From assembly GCF_003324675.1 (NCBI RefSeq), contig NZ_CP030918.1:2340001-2372000 (forward strand): a stretch of DNA of 32,000 nt, in the 5' to 3' direction. Position numbers and translations under genes: made by a program. The first letter of the stretch is position 1. The number at the start of each line of letters is the position of its first letter. Under the pieces are notes generated by a model. It saw only the letters and a program-made list of their open reading frames with translations. It searched no databases and had not been told where the DNA came from. This DNA comes from Paracoccus suum. Its GTDB lineage: Bacteria > Pseudomonadota > Alphaproteobacteria > Rhodobacterales > Rhodobacteraceae. Below are positions 18,776 to 25,956 of this stretch, one piece after another.

Positions 18776-19213
18776 TCACATGGCAAAATCGTCCAGCGTG
18801 ATGACGCCATCGCCGTCCTTGTCGAGCTCGGCCAACCAACCGTCCGTGCCGGCGAGGAACTCTTCACGCCCGACGATGCCATTGCCATCGGTATCGCTGG
18901 CGGTCAGGTTCATGCCATCGGCAACGGCCTGCATCTGATCGCGCTGGTCGGCCTCGTAGTTGGCGACGTCATTGGCGCGCGCCTCGTCGAAATAGACGTA
19001 TTCATCGGCGTCGAGGATGTCATTCTGATCGGCATCGAAGGCCATGAACACGTTGCCGCGCATTTCGCGCAATTCTTCCAGTGTTGCCGCGCCGTTTCCA
19101 TCAAGGTCCCAGCTTTGCATGAACTGGTCTCCGGGCGTGGTCTGGGCCAGGGCAGCGGTGGCGGTGGCGGTGGCGGTGAGGACAAAGATGGCGGGGATGA
19201 GGTGGCGTTTCAC
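18776..19213 (-). CDS. Secreted EF-hand calcium-binding protein (four EF loops)
   Basis: The GTG start at 19213 follows AAGGA and gives VKRHLIPAIFVLTATATATAALA as a signal peptide. It has four canonical 12-residue loops: DLDGNGAATLEE, DADQNDILDADE, DTDGNGIVGREE and DKDGDGVITLDD. The ORF-track start at 19276 adds 21 basic residues and is less likely. Confidence 0.75.
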   Translation of the reverse strand: MKRHLIPAIFVLTATATATAALAQTTPGDQFMQSWDLDGNGAATLEELREMRGNVFMAFDADQNDILDADEYVYFDEARANDVANYEADQRDQMQAVADGMNLTASDTDGNGIVGREEFLAGTDGWLAELDKDGDGVITLDDFAM

Positions 19214-19279
19214 GAGTGAATTCCTTGATTTTCTGGGCGTGGGATAGCCCGATCCTGCTGTGCGCATCGGGCGCATTGT

Positions 19280-19783
19280 TCAGGCAGACGGGCGGATCAT
19301 CCGCCGCATCACGTTGTTCTTCAGAACGAGGCGGTGAAACGGCACCGCGAGCACGTGCAGCGCGATGAGGGCGAGCAGCACGACCTTGAGCACGTTGTGC
19401 GCCTGTGCGGCGGGTGTCACGTCAGCGAACCAGGCCAGCGAGCCGGTAACGGCCATCGCCGCGAGCACTGCGTAGAAAGCCCAGTGCGCGATGTGACTCA
19501 GGGTCTTCAGCGGCGCGGGCTCGTTCTCGGGGGCCGCAGGCACACCGCGGGTCAGGCGCAGCACGAGGCGCGAGACGACGAAGGCGAGGATCAATGCGCC
19601 GCCCGCCACATGGGCGAGGATCAGCGGGTCGAAGGCATAGGTCTCGCCCGCGCGGATCGCATCCCAGGCGCCCGAGATGGCGTCCTTGAAGATGTACTGC
19701 CCGGCGACGAGCACGGCGACGGCCCAGTGCAGGGCGATCTGGGTGGCGGAATATCCTTGTGGAGCGGCGGTCGTGGCGGTCAT
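19280..19783 (-). CDS. Cytochrome b561 family (CybB-like) membrane di-haem protein
   Basis: It has four hydrophobic helices with conserved His positions: IALHWAVAVLV, LILAHVAGGAL, LSHIAHWAFYAVL and LIALHVLAVPFH. Length is 167 aa. Confidence 0.8.
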   Translation of the reverse strand: MTATTAAPQGYSATQIALHWAVAVLVAGQYIFKDAISGAWDAIRAGETYAFDPLILAHVAGGALILAFVVSRLVLRLTRGVPAAPENEPAPLKTLSHIAHWAFYAVLAAMAVTGSLAWFADVTPAAQAHNVLKVVLLALIALHVLAVPFHRLVLKNNVMRRMIRPSA

Positions 19784-19846
19784 GGCTCAGGTCCCTCGTC
19801 GTGCGCAGCGGGCCGGCGCCGTTGCGACGCCGACCGCACGCTCTTG

Positions 19847-20389
19847 TCATTGCTGTTCGGCATCGGCGCCGTGCATGCGCTGCATGCGGGCCATCATCTG
19901 CGCCGGGAACGCCATCTCTTCGGCGCTGATTTCGCCGTCCTCGTTGGCATCGAGCATGGTGAAGGGCCGCTCGGCCATGCCGCGGGTGACCTCTGCGAAG
20001 AGGGCTGCGAACTCGTCCGAGGACAGCGCGCCGTTCCCGTCACCATCGTGCTCGGTGTGCAGCGCGGCGATGCCTGCCTCGAGTTCGGCCGCCGTCACCG
20101 TGCCGTCCTCATCAGAGTCGAAGGACTGGTAGACCGGGTTGTCGGCCATGCCGCCCATCCCCATCGGCCCCGGATTATTGAAATGGGGCCCTCCGCGCTG
20201 CATCATCATGCCGGGGCCGCGGCCGTCCTGCATGAAGCCGGCCTGGTCGCCATGCATCATCTGCATCATCTGTCGCGGGCCCCAGCCGTCGTGCGGACCC
20301 CAGCCACCGGCGATGGCGGGGATGGCGATGGCGCCGATCACGGCGGCGGTGGCGGCTGCGCCGAGGGTCAGAATGGTCTTGCGTTTCAT
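19847..20389 (-). CDS. Periplasmic Met/Gly-rich EF-hand protein (three EF loops)
   Basis: The signal peptide is MKRKTILTLGAAATAAVIGAIAIPAIAG. A Met/Gly/His/Pro-rich segment follows (…RQMMQMMHGDQAGFMQDGRGPGMMMQRGGPHF..PMGMGGM). The EF loops are DSDEDGTVTAAE, DGDGNGALSSDE and DANEDGEISAEE. Confidence 0.75.
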   Translation of the reverse strand: MKRKTILTLGAAATAAVIGAIAIPAIAGGWGPHDGWGPRQMMQMMHGDQAGFMQDGRGPGMMMQRGGPHFNNPGPMGMGGMADNPVYQSFDSDEDGTVTAAELEAGIAALHTEHDGDGNGALSSDEFAALFAEVTRGMAERPFTMLDANEDGEISAEEMAFPAQMMARMQRMHGADAEQQ

Positions 20390-20562
20390 GGGTCACCTCT
20401 TCGGGTTTCTGGTTTCGATGAGGCGAAGATGGAGGCCCCTTGTCGCAGAAGAGTGCCGGTCCGACCCCCGAATTGTATCGCTTTGTCGCAAAGCCGCCTC
20501 GCTGCGACGGATCTGGACAGAATAATCTCCCGAACAGGGTCACCCCGCGCTATCAAGGACTT

Positions 20563-21294
20563 ATGACCGATCCCGCCCGCGCACCGCATATTCTTGTCGT
20601 CGACGATCATCGTGAAATCCGCGATGCGGTGACGCGCTACCTTGAAAAGAACGGCATGCGCGCGAGCGCCGCCAGGGACGTGCCCGAAATGGACGCGGCG
20701 CTCCGCGCGGGCCGCTTCGATCTCGTCGTGCTCGACGTGATGATGCCGGGGGAAGACGGGCTGTCGGCGGCGCGTCGGCTGGCTGCGGCAGGCGGTCCAC
20801 CGGTGCTGATGCTCAGCGCGCTTGGCGAGGATACCGACCGGATCGTGGGGCTCGAGGTCGGCGCCGACGACTACCTGGTGAAGCCCTTCAACCCGCGCGA
20901 GCTGCTGGCCCGGGTGAAGGCGATCCTGCGTCGCTCCGACCGGCCCGAGCCGCTGGCGGGCGCGCTTGGCGGGCGCAAGCTGACCTTCGCGGGATGGGTG
21001 CTGGACACCGACACGCGCGCGCTGACGCACGAGGACGGGCTCGAGGTCTCGCTCACCACGGCGGAGTTCAAACTGCTGACGGCCTTCCTCGAACGGCCGC
21101 GCTTCGTGCTGTCGCGCGACCAGCTGCTCGACATCACCAGCGGGCGCACGGCGGATGTCTTCGACCGGACCATAGACAATCAGGTGAGCCGCCTGCGCCG
21201 CAAGATCGAAGATGATCCGGCGCATCCTCAGATCATCGCGACGATCCGGTCGGGCGGCTACAGCCTTGCCGCCGACGTCCGCGAGGTGACGTGA
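20563..21294 (+). CDS. OmpR-family response regulator
   Basis: The start is MTDPARAPHILVVDDHREIRDAV (ATG 20563). The receiver motifs are DLVVLDVMMPGEDG and ADDYLVKPF. The winged helix reads TTAEFKLLTAFLERPRFVLSRDQLLD...IDNQVSRLRRKIE...IATIRSGGYSL. Confidence 0.9.
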   Translation: MTDPARAPHILVVDDHREIRDAVTRYLEKNGMRASAARDVPEMDAALRAGRFDLVVLDVMMPGEDGLSAARRLAAAGGPPVLMLSALGEDTDRIVGLEVGADDYLVKPFNPRELLARVKAILRRSDRPEPLAGALGGRKLTFAGWVLDTDTRALTHEDGLEVSLTTAEFKLLTAFLERPRFVLSRDQLLDITSGRTADVFDRTIDNQVSRLRRKIEDDPAHPQIIATIRSGGYSLAADVREVT

Positions 21295-22661
21295 TGCGTC
21301 TCGTCCCCCGCAGCCTGCTCGGCCAATTGGCGCTACTGATCCTCGGGGCCTTCCTGGCTGCGCAGGCGATCAGCATCTGGCTCTTCGCCGACGAACGCGG
21401 CGCGGCGATCCGCGCGGCACAACGGTTCGAGACGGTCGAACGTGCTGAAGCGGTGGCCCGCGCGCTCGATGCGGCGCCAACCGAGAGCCAGGAGAGCATC
21501 CTCGCAGCGGTGAACTCCCGCCTTGTCCGGTTCAGCGTGGGCGATGGGCCCTTAGTCGAGACAGGGCGCATGGAGTTGCCGGCGCTCGAAGGCGGCGACA
21601 TCCGCGCGACGGAAATCACCGTGTCGCCGCATGATGGACAGCCCGCAGAGCCGCCCGCCGCATTCGCCTGGCTGCACGAGCGGATGCGCGCGGCGGGTGT
21701 CGCGCCGGTGGAGTTCCGGATTTCGATCCCGCTTGGCGAGGGCGACTGGCTCAATGTCCAAGCCCGGTTCCAGAGGCCGGACATCCAGGCGCCGCCCGCG
21801 CTCATGGGCGCCACGCTTCTGTCGCTGGCGCTGCTGATGGCGGCGCTCTGGTTCGGGCTAGGACGGATCACCAGGCCGCTCCGGCAGCTTGCGGATGCCG
21901 CGGACGGGTTAGGCCTCGATGCGCCCGCTCCCAAGATGCCAAGGCACGGCCCGCGCGAGGTGCGCGCCCTGTCCGACGCACTGGGGCGCATGCATGCGCG
22001 CCTTACGGCCATGATCGCGGATCGAACCCGGATGCTTGCCGCGCTCGGCCACGACCTGCGTTCTCCCATCACGGCGCTGCGGGTCCGCGCGGAGATGGTC
22101 GATGATGACGAGACGCGCGAACGGATGGCCGCCACGCTCGAAGAAATGCAGGAGATGGTGGACTCGACGCTGGCCTACGCGCGAGGCGTCTCCACCGACC
22201 AGCCGATGGAGACGTGCGATCTTTCCCTTCTCGTGGGCGAGCTCGCGGACGAGCTCTCCGAGACGGGTCCGCAGATCGCCGTGTTATCATCGGAACCGGT
22301 CAGGGCCGAGGTCCGCCGCACGGCGATCCGGCGCGCCCTGCGCAACCTGATGGAGAACGCGCAGCGCTACGGCCGCGGGGCGCGGGTGTCGGTCACGCGG
22401 GTTGGCGATCGCGCGGAGATGCGGATCGAGGACGATGGTCCCGGCATCCCGGAGCAGGATCTGGACAAGGTCTTCGACCCCTTCACCCGGCTCGAGACGT
22501 CACGCTCGCGCGAGACGGGCGGTATCGGCCTCGGCCTGCCCATCGCGCGGGCCATCCTGCGCGCCCATGGCGGCGACGTGGTCCTGTCGAATCGCGCAGA
22601 GGGCGGGTTGCGGGCGACGGTGCAACTGCCGCTGTCACATTTCCGTCGATCGGAAACATGA
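21291..22661 (+). CDS. EnvZ-like sensor histidine kinase (2 TM, HAMP, HisKA, HATPase_c)
   Basis: The start overlaps the response-regulator stop (GTGATG). It carries H-box LAALGHDLRSPITAL, N-box LRNLMENAQRYG, G1 DDGPGIP and G2 GGIGLGLPIARAI. A periplasmic loop of about 150 aa lies between the two TM segments. Confidence 0.9.
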   Translation: MMRLVPRSLLGQLALLILGAFLAAQAISIWLFADERGAAIRAAQRFETVERAEAVARALDAAPTESQESILAAVNSRLVRFSVGDGPLVETGRMELPALEGGDIRATEITVSPHDGQPAEPPAAFAWLHERMRAAGVAPVEFRISIPLGEGDWLNVQARFQRPDIQAPPALMGATLLSLALLMAALWFGLGRITRPLRQLADAADGLGLDAPAPKMPRHGPREVRALSDALGRMHARLTAMIADRTRMLAALGHDLRSPITALRVRAEMVDDDETRERMAATLEEMQEMVDSTLAYARGVSTDQPMETCDLSLLVGELADELSETGPQIAVLSSEPVRAEVRRTAIRRALRNLMENAQRYGRGARVSVTRVGDRAEMRIEDDGPGIPEQDLDKVFDPFTRLETSRSRETGGIGLGLPIARAILRAHGGDVVLSNRAEGGLRATVQLPLSHFRRSET

Positions 22662-22835
22662 CGGTTGCCGCTGGCATCCCCAGTGCGGTTCGGCCACGTA
22701 CCGCCCGAGATGACGTGGTCGCCGTGTTTCAGTACCGCCAGGCGCACCCCCGGCCGTAGGGACGAAAGAGCCAAGCCGCAAAGGGACGACGGTGCCGAAG
22801 CGACTTCTCCGTGGCTTTGCCGATCAACCGGCACG

Positions 22836-23195
22836 TCAGCCCGCCGCTACCGCCTTGGGTGCGCCCGTGGCCATATCGGTGCCGGTGTAGGGCAGACCGG
22901 CCTGCTTCCATGCGCCGAAGCCGCCCTCCATATGCGCGAGTGGCGACAGTCCCGCCGCCAGCGCGATCTCGGCTATCTTGCCTGACCGGGCGCCCGAGCC
23001 GCAATGCAACACGATACGCTTGCCGTCCTGTGTGGGCAGTGCTTCGGGACGGAAGAACGCCATGGGCATCAGCAGTGCCCCATCAATATGCTCCATCATG
23101 TATTCGGGCGGCGTGCGTACATCGATCAATACGATCTCGTGCGCGTCGAGCGCCGCCTTAACTTGTTCCGGAGTCCAGTTTTCGAGTTGTGCCAT
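22836..23195 (-). CDS. Single-domain rhodanese (sulfurtransferase)
   Basis: The 119-aa product has an active-site loop HCGSGARSG within VLIDVRTPPEY...IVLHCGSGARS...GGFGAWKQAGLP. Its start lies 2 nt after the upstream MBL gene stop. Confidence 0.85.
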   Translation of the reverse strand: MAQLENWTPEQVKAALDAHEIVLIDVRTPPEYMMEHIDGALLMPMAFFRPEALPTQDGKRIVLHCGSGARSGKIAEIALAAGLSPLAHMEGGFGAWKQAGLPYTGTDMATGAPKAVAAG

Positions 23196-23197
23196 GA

Positions 23198-24097
23198 TCA
23201 GAACCTGTTCGCCGGTATCTTGAAGTAGCTGTTTCCGTCACCCTCCGGTTCCGGCAGGCGGCCGCCCCGAAGATTGAACTGCAGCGCATGCAGCATCCGG
23301 TCGGGTAGGTTGAGTGTCGCGTCTCGCGCCTCGCGGACCTTCACGTATTCGTCTTTCGGAACGCCGCCCCCCAGGTGCTTGTTCGACGCCTTCTGCTCGG
23401 CGACTGTACTTTCCCAAGCCGGACCATCGCGGCCCTTGGCGCCGTAGTCGTGGCCAATGAAAATGCGATGCTCGTCTGGCAGCGCGAGGATCGCCATCAG
23501 CGAGTCGTAGAGCATGGCGGCCGATCCGCCGGGGAAGTCGGCGCGGGCGGTTCCGCTGTCAGGCTGCATGAACGTGTCATGCGCGAAGATCGCGTCGCCC
23601 ACCACATAGGTGATCGAGCCGAGAGTGTGGCCGGGCGACAGCATCACGCGCACGTCGATTTCGCCCACGCGGAACGTGTCGCCCTCGGCGAAGAGCCGAT
23701 CGAAATCGGCCTCCGGGTCGAATGCGTCCGGCGTGTTGTAGAAGTCGCGCCAGAGTTCTGCGATCTCGCGCACCTTCTCGCCGATTGCGTTGGGCGCGCC
23801 GGTCTTCTCCTTGAGATAGGCGGCCGCCATCAGGTGGTCGGCATGGGGGTGCGTGTCGAGGATCCATTCGAGTGTCAGACCCTCGCGCTCGATCCAGTCG
23901 AGCGCCCAGTCGGCACATTCGGTCGAGGTGTGCGCGCGGGCGGGATTGAAGTCGAGAACCACGTCGATCAGCGCGCATTTCTTCGTCGCCGGGTCGATGC
24001 AGATGTACTGGCAGCTGCCCGAGGCCTCGTCGTAGAAACCGACGACATCGGGGCTTCCAGGTCCACGGGATGCGCTTTTCGAATGCGGGATCGTCAT
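23198..24097 (-). CDS. MBL-fold persulfide dioxygenase-like protein, paralogue 1
   Basis: The start is MTIPHSKS.. (ATG 24097, after AAGGAAAGGA). It carries the metal motif DTHPHADHL plus SPGHTLGS, GTARADFPGG and IGHDYG. Length is about 299 aa. The ORF-track N-terminal extension runs into the sulP 3' end. Confidence 0.8.
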   Translation of the reverse strand: MTIPHSKSASRGPGSPDVVGFYDEASGSCQYICIDPATKKCALIDVVLDFNPARAHTSTECADWALDWIEREGLTLEWILDTHPHADHLMAAAYLKEKTGAPNAIGEKVREIAELWRDFYNTPDAFDPEADFDRLFAEGDTFRVGEIDVRVMLSPGHTLGSITYVVGDAIFAHDTFMQPDSGTARADFPGGSAAMLYDSLMAILALPDEHRIFIGHDYGAKGRDGPAWESTVAEQKASNKHLGGGVPKDEYVKVREARDATLNLPDRMLHALQFNLRGGRLPEPEGDGNSYFKIPANRF

Positions 24098-24116
24098 GCA
24101 GTCCTTTCCTTTCAGG

Positions 24117-25856
24117 TCATTCTGCGGCTTTGGCCGGATCGGCCGGTTGGGTGAGCGCCTTCCAGGCGTCATACTGGGACAGGAAGACGCGGCCATTGAG
24201 TTGGTCGAGGAAGTGCGTCGTCCTGAGGCGGTCCATCACCGGACCCTTCACTTCCGATAGGTGCAGTCCGACCCCAAGATCCGTGAGTCTGTGATTGATC
24301 GCCTCCAGACTTTCGAGGGCAGAGTAGTCGATCTCGTTTACCGCGGAGCACATAAGGATCACGTGGCGCAGCGACTGACCGTCGACCACGCGATCCTGGA
24401 TCAGATCCTCGAGGAACCGGGCGTTCACGAAGTAGAGGCTCTCGTCCACACGCAGGGCGAGGATCTCCGGATGCGTTTCGACTTCATGCCGGTTGATGTT
24501 CCGGAAATGGTTCGTTCCGGGAACCAGCCCGACCTCGGCGACATGCGGTTTGGACGTCTTGTAGAGGTGCAGCGCGATGGAGAGGATGACGCCGGAGGCC
24601 ACGCCGATCTCGACTCCCAGCGTCAGGGTCAGCAGAATCGTGGCAGTGACCGCCGCGAAATCGGCGCGTGAGTACGACCAGGTCTTCTTCAGGATCGAGA
24701 AGTCGACGAGGCTGAGCACGGCGACGACGATTGTGGCGGCCAGCGTCGCGTTGGGAAGGTAATAGACCAGCGGCGTCAGGGCGAGCGCGGCAATCGCGAG
24801 GCCGATCGCGGTAAAGGCGCCGGCAGCCGGCGTTTCGGCGCCCGCGTCGAAGTTCACGACCGAGCGCGCGAACCCGCCGGTGACGGGATAGCCGCCGGTG
24901 AAGGCCGCGCCCAGATTCGCAGCGCCGAGGCCGATGAGTTCCTGGTTCGGGTCGATGCGCTGACGCTTCTTGGCAGCGAGCGTCTGGGCGACGGAAATGG
25001 ACTCCACGAAGCCGATGATGGAGATCAGGATCGCCGGGATTGCCAGTTGGCGGATCAGCTCGGGTGCGAGACCGGGCATGGTCAGCGGCGGCAGGGACTG
25101 TGGCACCTCGCCGACGATGGAGACGCCGCGCTCGGCGAGACCGAAAGCCCAAACCGCGAGTGTCGTGACCACGACTGCCGCCACGGGCCCCGCCTTGGTG
25201 ACTATGTCGGCCAGAAGCGGACCTGCGCCGATCTTGCGCAGGAGCGGCTTCAGTCCCTTGCGCACCCAGAAAAGAAATGCCGTCGCCGTGACGCCTATGA
25301 CCACCGTTATCGGATTGATCTGCCCCAGATTCGAGACAAGCGCACCGACCATCTCGATCAGCGTGTGACCGCTCGCCTCGATCCCGAGGATATGCTTGAG
25401 CTGGCTCGTCGCGATCAGGATGCCCGAAGCAGTGATGAACCCGGCGATCACTGGATGGCTGAGGAAATTTGCCAGAAATCCCAGCCGGAAGACGCCGAGC
25501 AGCAACAGGAAGCCACCGGAAAGCCCCGCGAGCGTCAGCGCTGCGACGGCATAGCCCGCGGTGCCCTGCTCGGCGACCTGACCGACGGCGGAGGCGGTCA
25601 GGAGCGACACGACCGCCACAGGCCCCACAGCGAGCGCGCGGGACGTGCCGAAGACCGCGTAGAGCAGGATCGGCGCGATCGAGGCGTAGATCCCGGCTTC
25701 GGGCGGCAAGCCTGCCAGAAGCGCATAGGCCAGCGACTGCGGGATCAGCATGATCGTCACGATCACCGCCGCCACGAGATCGTTCGTGAGCGCCGATCGG
25801 TTGTATTGCCGGCCCCACCTGAGGATCGGAAAATAGCTGGCAAGTCTTGGGATCAT
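24117..25856 (-). CDS. SulP-family anion transporter with C-terminal STAS domain
   Basis: The N-terminus reads MIPRLASYFPILRWGRQYNRSALTNDLVAAVIVTIMLIPQSLAYALLAGLPPEAGIYAS, and GAANLGAAFTGGYPVTGGFARSVVN is also present. The STAS tail reads HVILMCSAVNEIDYSALESLE...LHLSEVKGPVMDRL. Length is 579 aa. Confidence 0.9.
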   Translation of the reverse strand: MIPRLASYFPILRWGRQYNRSALTNDLVAAVIVTIMLIPQSLAYALLAGLPPEAGIYASIAPILLYAVFGTSRALAVGPVAVVSLLTASAVGQVAEQGTAGYAVAALTLAGLSGGFLLLLGVFRLGFLANFLSHPVIAGFITASGILIATSQLKHILGIEASGHTLIEMVGALVSNLGQINPITVVIGVTATAFLFWVRKGLKPLLRKIGAGPLLADIVTKAGPVAAVVVTTLAVWAFGLAERGVSIVGEVPQSLPPLTMPGLAPELIRQLAIPAILISIIGFVESISVAQTLAAKKRQRIDPNQELIGLGAANLGAAFTGGYPVTGGFARSVVNFDAGAETPAAGAFTAIGLAIAALALTPLVYYLPNATLAATIVVAVLSLVDFSILKKTWSYSRADFAAVTATILLTLTLGVEIGVASGVILSIALHLYKTSKPHVAEVGLVPGTNHFRNINRHEVETHPEILALRVDESLYFVNARFLEDLIQDRVVDGQSLRHVILMCSAVNEIDYSALESLEAINHRLTDLGVGLHLSEVKGPVMDRLRTTHFLDQLNGRVFLSQYDAWKALTQPADPAKAAE

Positions 25857-25881
25857 TGCGGGTGAGCTCTTGGGGTTTGGG

Positions 25882-25910
25882 GAACGGGGCGCAACCGGTG
25901 CGCCCCGTTC
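25882..25910. other. Strong intercistronic stem-loop between sqr and sulP
   Basis: GAACGGGGCGCA-ACCGG-TGCGCCCCGTTC forms a 12-bp perfect stem with a 5-nt loop. It sits in the 100-nt gap between the sqr stop (25957) and the sulP start (25856). No T/U tract is present on either strand. Confidence 0.5.
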
Positions 25911-25956
25911 GTGGACGCGTGCTCAGCGGGAGGAGAGGCCGGCGCGCGTTCTCGTC

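Noticed and set aside
19334-20566. A 410-aa plus-strand ORF spanning three minus-strand genes.
   Set aside because: It runs antisense across the cytochrome b561 and EF-hand genes and their intergenic regions. It has no motif, while the minus-strand products show haem-His helices and canonical EF loops.
22662-22835. The convergent intergenic region between the kinase and the rhodanese, searched for a bidirectional terminator or a small gene. The minus frame reads ..VRLAVLKHGDHVISGGTWPNR..
   Set aside because: Only weak 6-bp stems are present (CCACGT...ACGTGG). There is no U tract, and the peptide-like string is short with no start or Shine-Dalgarno sequence. The evidence is insufficient.
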